Source: Vulcanimicrobiota bacterium (GTDB lineage Bacteria; Vulcanimicrobiota; Vulcanimicrobiia; Vulcanimicrobiales; Vulcanimicrobiaceae). From it: a DNA stretch of 32,000 nucleotides. This document shows, one piece after another, positions 9,369 through 15,993 of the stretch; position 1 is the first letter of the stretch; each line of letters opens with the position of its first letter. Location of the stretch: contig PLDA01000002.1 of NCBI GenBank assembly GCA_003134965.1, positions 1,388,415 through 1,420,414 of the forward strand, in the 5' to 3' direction. The position numbers and the translations under genes were made by a program. The notes under the pieces were generated by a model. That model did not search any database, was not told where the DNA came from, and saw only the letters and a program-made list of their open reading frames with translations.

Positions 9369-9369
9369 C
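9345..9369 (-). repeat. REP-like 25-nt motif, copy A (reverse complement reads GTCACCCTGAGCCTGTCGAAGGGTG)
   Basis: Matches 22245-22269 at 24/25 positions in inverted orientation. Contains the 6-bp inverted repeat CACCCT/AGGGTG. An extra CACCCT lies immediately upstream at 9339-9344. Confidence 0.8.
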
Positions 9370-9961
9370 ATTGAAGCGTAGCGCGCACGTCACGCGGGAG
9401 ACGCGCGAGACGCGGGTCGAGCTGCGGCTCGCGCTCGACGGCGGCCCCGTCTCGATCGCGACCGGCGTCGATTTCTTCGACCACATGCTGGGCGCGCTCG
9501 CGACGCACGGCGGACTCGGTTTCGAGTTGACCGCACGCGGCGACGGGATGGATCACCACCACGTGATCGAGGACGTCGGGATCACGCTCGGGCGCGCGAT
9601 CGACGAATCGCTCGGCGACAAGCGCGGGATCGCGCGCTTCGGCTCGATCGCGATCCCGCTCGACGACGCGCTCGTGCAATGCGCGCTCGACCTCAGCGGA
9701 CGGCCGTACTTGAACTACGACGTCCCGCTCTCGGTCCCGGCGCTCGGCGCGCTGCCGACCGAACTCGTCCCGCACTTCTTCCGCAGCGTGGTCGACCACG
9801 GTAAGTTCAACCTGCACCTGCTGCGTTGGGCCGGCACGAACAACCACCATCTGTGCGAGGCGGCGTTCAAGGCCTTCGCTCGCGCGTTTGCGCAGGCGAA
9901 GGTGCTCACCGCATCGAGTGAGGTCCCGTCGACGAAAGGCTCGCTGACCGAAGGGGGCTGA
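9365..9961 (+). CDS. hisB: Imidazoleglycerol-phosphate dehydratase
   Basis: RETRETRVELRLALDGG, FFDHML, DHHHVIEDVGITLG, HHLCEAAFKAFARA. GTG start in a GTGA overlap with the citrate synthase stop. In-frame TTG 9371 is an alternative start. Confidence 0.9.
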   Translation: MTLKRSAHVTRETRETRVELRLALDGGPVSIATGVDFFDHMLGALATHGGLGFELTARGDGMDHHHVIEDVGITLGRAIDESLGDKRGIARFGSIAIPLDDALVQCALDLSGRPYLNYDVPLSVPALGALPTELVPHFFRSVVDHGKFNLHLLRWAGTNNHHLCEAAFKAFARAFAQAKVLTASSEVPSTKGSLTEGG

Positions 9962-9997
9962 GGGGCTTCGACGTGGCTAAGCCCCGGCTCGAGCCGG
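9962..9997. terminator. Two overlapping hairpins between convergent genes (possible bidirectional terminator)
   Basis: GGGGCTT (9962-9968) pairs with AAGCCCC (9979-9985). A perfect 14-nt palindrome CCGGCTCGAGCCGG lies at 9984-9997. There is no U-tract. Confidence 0.35.
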
Positions 9998-9999
9998 CG

Positions 10000-10140
10000 T
10001 CAGACGCTGAACATCACGGCGATCACCACGCAGACGACGGCGATGCCGATCCCGGCGACCGAGAAGTCGTGTTCCGGCGGTAGGCTTCGCTCGCGTCTGC
10101 GATCCTTGCGCGAGCGCCGACGCCCCGCCACGTTCGTCAC
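10000..10140 (-). CDS. Small (46 aa) Arg-rich, C-terminally membrane-anchored protein; absent from the ORF track
   Basis: GTG at 10140 is preceded by GGAGGG about 8 nt upstream. Translation: VTNVAGRRRSRKDRRRERSLPPEHDFSVAGIGIAVVCVVIAVMFSV*. Third codon positions are strongly G/C. Confidence 0.4.
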   Translation of the reverse strand: MTNVAGRRRSRKDRRRERSLPPEHDFSVAGIGIAVVCVVIAVMFSV

Positions 10141-10312
10141 CCCCACTGCCCTCCTAGCTCCGGGTCGGTTCCGTTACGAGGCTCTTTCCGTGATGAGCGA
10201 GGGGCCTAACGCTTTTTGCAACGGAGCGCTGCGTGAGGTTCGACCTGTCCTGTTTCGCCCGATCGGCGCGCTCGCCGGAGGGGCCGGGCGCCTGCGACCG
10301 GTAGAGCCGAGC

Positions 10313-11470
10313 ATGCCGGTTCGGCGACTGCTTGGTCCGCTTGCCTTGATCGTCCTCGTCGTCGCGGTCGGTTTCGCCATCGTGCTCTCGACGCGCGAGG
10401 CCGGCCGGCAGCGGGCGGCCCGCGCCGTCGTCGCGGTCCACGGCCTCGTCGGTTCCGAAAAAGAAGCGTACCTGCGCGACCCGCGCGTGCTCGACGAGCT
10501 GCGCAAGAACGGCTTCGATCTCCGCATCGAGACCGCCGGTTCGCGCGAGATGGCCAAGCGTACCGATCTCTCGACCTATGATTTCGCGTTCCCGGCCGGA
10601 GCGCCGGCCGGCCAGCGGCTGAAGGTGATCGTCAAGGCCAAGGACGTTTATACGCCGTTCTTCACGCCGATGGCCGTCGCGTCGTGGAAGACCATCGCGA
10701 ACATCATGATCGCGAACGGCATCGTGAAGATCGACGGCGGACACTACATGATCGTCGACATGCCGAAGCTGCTCGCGGCAGAGAACGAGGGAAAGCGCTG
10801 GCACGATTTCAAGGCCTCGAGCGGCTACGACGTCAACAAGTCGGTCCTGGTCACCACCACCGACCCGCGCAAGTCGAACTCCGGTGTGATGTACGCGGCG
10901 CTGGCGTCGTACGTCCTCAACGGAAACCAGGTCGTGCAGAGCGACGCGCAGGTCCAGCGCGTGCAGACCCAGATCAACGGTTTGTTCCTGCGCCAAGGTT
11001 TTCAGGAGTCGTCGTCGGCCGGCCCGTTCGAGGACTACGTCGAGATCGGGATGGGGAAGGCGCCGCTGGTCATGATCTACGAGTCGCAGTTCATCGAGTA
11101 CTTGCTCGCGCACGCCAACGACCGCGGCGGCCAAAAGGTGCTGCTCTATCCGCGTCCGACGATCTACACGAAGCACACCTTCGTACCGATCGACGAGGCG
11201 GGCGACCGTCTCGGGCAATTGCTGCAGACGGATCCGGTGCTGCAGCACTTGGCCGTGGAGCACGGCTTTCGCATCCAGGACTCGGCGTACTCGAGCGACT
11301 TCTGGAAGCGCAACGGGATCTCGGTCCCCGAACAGCTGATCGACGTCGTCGACCCGCCATCGTTCGAGTTCCTCGAAGATCTCATCACCGGCGTCGAGCG
11401 CGCCTACACCTCGAATCAGGAGGTTCCCCGAGATGGATCCAACGACAGCCGCCCCGGCCGCAACAGTTGA
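10313..11470 (+). CDS. Membrane-anchored periplasmic-binding-protein-like protein (first gene of the TelA operon)
   Basis: ATG at residue 91 of track ORF 10043..11470 gives MPVRRLLGPLALIVLVVAVGFAIVL, an N-terminal TM anchor. The upstream part of the ORF has poor GC3. Motif TTTDPRKSNSG parallels MTNPSTSNSG in the vWA protein downstream. Confidence 0.65.
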   Translation: MPVRRLLGPLALIVLVVAVGFAIVLSTREAGRQRAARAVVAVHGLVGSEKEAYLRDPRVLDELRKNGFDLRIETAGSREMAKRTDLSTYDFAFPAGAPAGQRLKVIVKAKDVYTPFFTPMAVASWKTIANIMIANGIVKIDGGHYMIVDMPKLLAAENEGKRWHDFKASSGYDVNKSVLVTTTDPRKSNSGVMYAALASYVLNGNQVVQSDAQVQRVQTQINGLFLRQGFQESSSAGPFEDYVEIGMGKAPLVMIYESQFIEYLLAHANDRGGQKVLLYPRPTIYTKHTFVPIDEAGDRLGQLLQTDPVLQHLAVEHGFRIQDSAYSSDFWKRNGISVPEQLIDVVDPPSFEFLEDLITGVERAYTSNQEVPRDGSNDSRPGRNS

Positions 11471-12608
11471 ACCGCTGACCCCACCCGCCCCGGTCGCTGC
11501 GGTGACGCCGCAGACCGCGCTCGCGATGGTGCAGCTCACGCCGGATCAAACGGCGAAGCTCGACGCCCAAGTCGACGGGTTCGCGAAGGATTTGCTCGGG
11601 CTGCCCGTCCACTCGGACGACTTCAAGAACCGCGTCAATGCGATCTCCGCGATGGGAAATGAGGAGATCGCGCATTCGGCCGGACTCGCGAACCGGCTGC
11701 TCGACCGGCCCGCGCGGGCGATGAACGGCGGAATCTTCGACAGCGGCTCCGACGTGGCCAAACAGCTCGTGTCGCTGCGCGATACCGTCGAACGGCTCGA
11801 TCCCGTCTCGCACGGCGATCTGTTCGCGCCGCGCAAGCTGCTCGGCTTCATCCCGTTCGGTTCCGCGATGCTCGACTATTTCCGGTCCTATGAGTCTTCG
11901 CAGACGCATCTCAACGCGATCATCAACGGTCTGTACGCCTCCCGCGATCAGCTGCTGCACGACAACGCCGACATCGAGCAAGAGCGCGAGAACCAATGGA
12001 CCCTGATGGGGCAGCTCGAACAGTTCGCCTACCTCGCGAAGAAGGTTGCCGACTCGTTGGACGGACAGATCGCGAGCGTCGCGGCGACCGACCCGGAGCG
12101 CGCCAAGATCCTCAAGGAAGACGTGCTGTTTTACGCGCGTCAGAAGCAGGTGGACATCGCGACCCAGCAGGCCGTCAACGTGCAGGGGTACCTCGCGCTC
12201 GACCTGATCCGGAAGAACAACGAAGAGCTGATCAAGGGCGTCGACCGCGCGACGACGACGACGGTCGCCGCGCTGCGCACCGCCGTGATCGTGGCCCAAG
12301 CGCTGACCAACCAGAAGCTGGTGCTCGATCAGATCGACGCGCTGAACGCGACGACGAACAAGGTGATCGCGGACACCGCGACCATGCTCAAGCAGAACAC
12401 CGAGCGCGTCTTCGAGCAGGCGTCGAGTTCGACGGTCAGCATCGACACGCTCAAGCAGGCTTTCGCCGACACGAAGGCCGCGATCGACGGCGTGAGCGAG
12501 TACAAGGAAAAGGCCCTGGTCTCGTTCCAGCAGACCGTGCAAGCCCTGCAGCCTGCGATCGACGACGCGCAAAAGTACATCGCGGCGCACCGCGACACCG
12601 GAGCGTAG
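11433..12608 (+). CDS. telA: TelA/KlaA-family toxic anion resistance protein
   Basis: 391 aa. AGGAGG lies 9 nt upstream of the ATG. The layout is TelA/YaaN-like: LTPDQTAKLDAQVDGFAKDLL..., LGFIPFGSAMLDYFRSYESSQTHLNAIINGL, then long helical segments. Overlaps the upstream gene by 38 nt. Confidence 0.8.
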   Translation: MDPTTAAPAATVEPLTPPAPVAAVTPQTALAMVQLTPDQTAKLDAQVDGFAKDLLGLPVHSDDFKNRVNAISAMGNEEIAHSAGLANRLLDRPARAMNGGIFDSGSDVAKQLVSLRDTVERLDPVSHGDLFAPRKLLGFIPFGSAMLDYFRSYESSQTHLNAIINGLYASRDQLLHDNADIEQERENQWTLMGQLEQFAYLAKKVADSLDGQIASVAATDPERAKILKEDVLFYARQKQVDIATQQAVNVQGYLALDLIRKNNEELIKGVDRATTTTVAALRTAVIVAQALTNQKLVLDQIDALNATTNKVIADTATMLKQNTERVFEQASSSTVSIDTLKQAFADTKAAIDGVSEYKEKALVSFQQTVQALQPAIDDAQKYIAAHRDTGA

Positions 12609-12613
12609 CGGCG

Positions 12614-14188
12614 GTGCGCCCGCGGATCCTCGCTCCTGCCCTGGCGGCGTTGCTGCTCGTCGCGGCGGCGGCGTGCGGCGGACCGTCGGCGCCGAAGGAG
12701 ACACTCGACGTCTTCGCGGGCTCCGAGCTGAAAGATGTCGAGCCGATCCTGGCCGATGCGGAGCGGGCGACGGGCGTGCACGTCGCGATGACGTACACCG
12801 GGACGATCTCCGGGATCGACCGGCTCGCCGGCGGCGAACGGCACGATGCCGCCTGGTTTGCGCAGGACAAATACCTCGCGCTCAGCAGCGCCGGCAAATC
12901 AGTGCGCACCCGCACGAGGATCATGCTCTCGCCGGTGATCCTCGGCGTCAAGCACTCGGTCGCCGAGCGGCTGGGCTGGAGCGGCGGAAAGCGCGTCTCG
13001 TGGCGCGACGTGCAGGGCGCGATCGCGGCGGGCCACTTTCGCTACGCGATGACGAACCCGAGCACGTCGAACTCGGGCTTCTCCGCGGTGCTGAGCATCT
13101 CGACCGCGCTCGCCGGCACCGGCGATGCGCTGCGGCCCTCCGAGGTGAACCGGGCTGCGATCGCGGCGTTCTACCGCGGCCAAAAGGTGGTCTCGGGCAG
13201 CAGCGGCTGGCTCAGCGACGCGTTCCTCGCCGCGCAGGATCGCGTCGACGGGATCATCACCTATGAAGCCAGCATCGCGGCGCTGGACGCGAACCCCGCG
13301 CTGCGCGAGAAGCTCGACCGCGTCTATCCGTCCGACGGTCTCGTCACCTCGGACTACCCGCTGGATCTGCTCGACGAGTCGAAGCACGACGCGTACGACC
13401 GGCTCGTCGCGTATCTCAAGAGTCCCGAGGTGCAGAAGCGCATCGCCGAGACGACGTACCGCCGGCCGATCGACCCCTCCGCCGCGACGCAGCAATATCC
13501 GGCGGTCCTGCAAGAGACGGCGTTCCCGGCCTCCGCCGCCGCGGTTCAGCAGCTGCTGCTGCGATTTCTCAACCAGGATCGCGTTCCGGCGCACTCGTTC
13601 TACGTGCTCGACAAGACCGGGTCGATGGACAATGAGGACGGCACGGGGAAGAGCCGCATTCAGCGCGTGCGCGAAGCGCTCGACGTCCTGGCCGGTGGGG
13701 ACGACTCCTTGACCGGACAGTTCGCGCGATTCGTCGACCGCGAGCGGATCACGATCATTACCTTCAGTCAGGCCCCCGAGATCGATCGAACGTTTCAGAT
13801 GACGCGGGCGAACGATCCGGGGGTGTTCGCGGCGGTGCGCGCGCTCGGCGCCTCCCTCGCCCCCGACGGCAACACGGCGATCTATACCGCGCTCGAAACG
13901 GCGCTGCAGGAAGCGGTGCGCGACGAGACCGACGATGCCGGTCGGTACGCGACGATCGTACTGATGACCGACGGTGAGAACAATCGCGGCGACGACTTCG
14001 CGCGTTTCCAGCGCAAGTGGAACGCGTTGTCGCAGTACGGGCGGCACATCCACATCTTCCCGATCTTCATCGGCGAGGCGAATCCCAAGGAGCTGCAGCA
14101 GATCGCCGACCTGACCGGCGGACGCGCGTTCGACGCGCGTTCGCAGTCGCTGGCCGAGATATTCAAGGAGATCCGGGGCTACCAGTGA
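12614..14188 (+). CDS. Lipoprotein with an N-terminal PBP-like domain fused to a C-terminal von Willebrand factor A domain
   Basis: GTG start 5 nt after the telA stop, inside track ORF 11996..14188. Signal peptide and lipobox VRPRILAPALAALLLVAAAAC. MIDAS-like elements FYVLDKTGSMD, NTAIYTAL, LMTDGENN. Confidence 0.8.
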   Translation: MRPRILAPALAALLLVAAAACGGPSAPKETLDVFAGSELKDVEPILADAERATGVHVAMTYTGTISGIDRLAGGERHDAAWFAQDKYLALSSAGKSVRTRTRIMLSPVILGVKHSVAERLGWSGGKRVSWRDVQGAIAAGHFRYAMTNPSTSNSGFSAVLSISTALAGTGDALRPSEVNRAAIAAFYRGQKVVSGSSGWLSDAFLAAQDRVDGIITYEASIAALDANPALREKLDRVYPSDGLVTSDYPLDLLDESKHDAYDRLVAYLKSPEVQKRIAETTYRRPIDPSAATQQYPAVLQETAFPASAAAVQQLLLRFLNQDRVPAHSFYVLDKTGSMDNEDGTGKSRIQRVREALDVLAGGDDSLTGQFARFVDRERITIITFSQAPEIDRTFQMTRANDPGVFAAVRALGASLAPDGNTAIYTALETALQEAVRDETDDAGRYATIVLMTDGENNRGDDFARFQRKWNALSQYGRHIHIFPIFIGEANPKELQQIADLTGGRAFDARSQSLAEIFKEIRGYQ

Positions 14189-14796
14189 GGCTCCCCCTCT
14201 ACGTCTACAGCAATCGGAACATCGCGGGGAGCGCTCTGGGCCTGCTCGCGCTCGGCGCGTACTTCGCCGGCGCGATCCACGAGCTGTGGTACGTGATCGT
14301 CGTCGGGAGCTACGGGATCGGCGCGCTGCTCGGGCGCGACGGCGGCGAGCTCGAGACGCACTTGAACGACGAGATGAGCGTGCAGGATGCCGTCGACGGC
14401 GTCGGCCGGCTCGCCGCCGAAGCCCAGAAGCGCTTCCCGCCCGAGATCGCCGCGCTGGTCGCCGAGATCGCGACCGACGTCGCGACGGTTCTTCCGCGGC
14501 TCGCCGCGCACGGCGTCGCCGACGCTACCTTCGCCGACGTGCGCTCGACTGCGATGAGCTATCTGCCGGATACCCTCAACGCGTTCCTCGCCGTGCCGGC
14601 GGCCTACCGGAATACCGCACCGATCGCCGACGGCAAGACAGCGCGCCAGATCGTCGTCGCGCAGCTCACCGTGCTCGCGGCGAAGATGAAGGAGATCGCC
14701 GAGAACGTGACCGCCGACGACGCGCAAGCGCTGCTCGCGAACGGGCGTTTTCTCAAGGAGCGTTTCGCGGCGGCCCCGATGTTCAAACCGGCATGA
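14185..14796 (+). CDS. XpaC-like (5-bromo-4-chloroindolyl phosphate hydrolysis protein family) two-TM protein
   Basis: GTG in a GTGA overlap with the vWA gene stop. 203 aa with two N-terminal TM helices (NIAGSALGLLALGAYFAG, WYVIVVGSYGIGALLG) followed by a helical domain. Size and topology match B. subtilis XpaC, whose gene sits next to its TelA homolog yaaN. This is a family-level call by eye. Confidence 0.5.
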   Translation: MRLPLYVYSNRNIAGSALGLLALGAYFAGAIHELWYVIVVGSYGIGALLGRDGGELETHLNDEMSVQDAVDGVGRLAAEAQKRFPPEIAALVAEIATDVATVLPRLAAHGVADATFADVRSTAMSYLPDTLNAFLAVPAAYRNTAPIADGKTARQIVVAQLTVLAAKMKEIAENVTADDAQALLANGRFLKERFAAAPMFKPA

Positions 14797-15116
14797 CGGA
14801 GCCCGCGATCATCACGTTCGCCGGCGATCTCGAGCTGGCGCGTTATCCGGCGGCGCACGGCATCCTCGAGGCCGCAAAGCTCTCGAAGGGGCGCTCCCTC
14901 GTGCTCGACCTCTCGGCCGCCGATCGCGTCGACCCACTGATCGCCGGTGAGCTCGTCCTGTTTATCCGCCGTTCGCTGCGTTACGGCGCCCTGGTGGCGG
15001 TCGTCCCGCCGCACCGCCCCAACGAATGGCTGACCCATGCCGGCTCGATTCGCGACGCGCATTTCCGCCAAACGCGCGAAGAGGCGCTCGCGCTGGTCGG
15101 CGGCGCGGCTCCGTAG
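14793..15116 (+). CDS. STAS-domain protein (anti-sigma-factor-antagonist-like)
   Basis: ATG in an ATGA overlap with the upstream stop. 107 aa. FAGDLELARYP...LVLDLSAADRVDPLIAGELVLF aligns by eye with the SpoIIAA/RsbV core. Confidence 0.6.
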   Translation: MTEPAIITFAGDLELARYPAAHGILEAAKLSKGRSLVLDLSAADRVDPLIAGELVLFIRRSLRYGALVAVVPPHRPNEWLTHAGSIRDAHFRQTREEALALVGGAAP

Positions 15117-15119
15117 GCG

Positions 15120-15911
15120 TCAGGCGGCGGCGCGGTAGTAACGCCGCGCGCGCCCGATGATCTCGTCCGCGTACGCCGGCAGGTAGGCGCGCAGCCAAAG
15201 GATCATCGCTTCGGCGTTCGGGAGCGCCGGCCACGCCGGGCGCCCGTGGCGATCGCTGAGCTCACGCACGCCGTCCGCGCGCGGTCCCAACACCTCGTCC
15301 ATCGCACGGTCGACCGCGCGCTGCAGCGCGGCGTCTCCGGCCGGCAGGAGGTGGGTGTGGTTCGCCAGCAGCGCGTCGACGTCGTCGGGCCGAAACCCCT
15401 CGCCGAAGACGTCGATCGGGTAGGCGCAGAACAGCTTGAAGCCGCCTTCCGCGAGCAGGGCGTTCCAGAGCTCCTCGAGACGGATCGCGGCGGCGTAGCG
15501 CTCGGCCGACCAAAGGACGCCGACCATCTCGCCGTAGGCGCGAATCCCCCGGCTTCCCGTGCGCGCGCCAAGGTCGCGCATCAGCGAACCGACGACCTCG
15601 GTGAACCGCTGCGGATTGGGCTGTCCGTCGACCATCAGGCGGTCGAGTGTCTCGTGCGCGTCGAGCAGCACGAGCTGCCCGTCGCAGAGCGCCGCCTCGG
15701 GGGCGAAACCGGCCTTGGCAACCGCCGCGGGGACACCCGCCCGATGACCCTCCGTTGCGATGACGAGCGCGACCTCGCCGCGCACCAAGCCTTCGGCGAG
15801 GTAGCGTCCGATGTTGGCGAGCAGGACGGCATCGTCGGTGGCGTCATGCAGCTGCACGAAGTGCGATTGCGGGCGCGCTTCTCCGAGCAGCTCCCGCGTG
15901 ACATCGGACAT
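15120..15911 (-). CDS. MEDS-domain protein
   Basis: MEDS hallmarks: HFVQLHD near the N-terminus, RAYGEMVGVLW, LEELWNALL, LFCAYPIDVF. The stop lies 3 nt from the stop of the convergent STAS gene. Confidence 0.75.
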   Translation of the reverse strand: MSDVTRELLGEARPQSHFVQLHDATDDAVLLANIGRYLAEGLVRGEVALVIATEGHRAGVPAAVAKAGFAPEAALCDGQLVLLDAHETLDRLMVDGQPNPQRFTEVVGSLMRDLGARTGSRGIRAYGEMVGVLWSAERYAAAIRLEELWNALLAEGGFKLFCAYPIDVFGEGFRPDDVDALLANHTHLLPAGDAALQRAVDRAMDEVLGPRADGVRELSDRHGRPAWPALPNAEAMILWLRAYLPAYADEIIGRARRYYRAAA

Positions 15912-15993
15912 ATCGTGAACGCCTATACCCAGCCCGGGAGAGCCTTCCTACCTGACAGCGGCTCGTTCGACGGCGCCGGCGGACGCCGCGCGC

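Noticed and set aside
10043-10312. Earlier starts (10043 or ATG 10193) for the PBP-like first gene of the TelA operon.
   Set aside because: Codon third positions in 10193-10312 are mixed A/T/G/C, unlike coding sequence here. ATG 10313 gives an immediate basic-then-hydrophobic membrane anchor. This remains uncertain.
10141-10312. A possible structured leader or riboswitch in the 172-nt lower-GC region upstream of the TelA operon (imperfect CGTTA..AGGC / GCCTAACG hairpin, TTGCAA -35-like hexamer).
   Set aside because: The pairings are short and interrupted, and I recognise no known riboswitch consensus. The evidence is too weak to call without covariance evidence.
10154-14053. Long - strand ORFs antisense to the TelA operon (10154..11539, 11385..12704, 12899..14053).
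   Set aside because: Their translations are low-complexity and Arg/Asp/Val-rich. The + strand frames carry recognisable TelA, vWA and PBP-like features and coupled start/stop overlaps.
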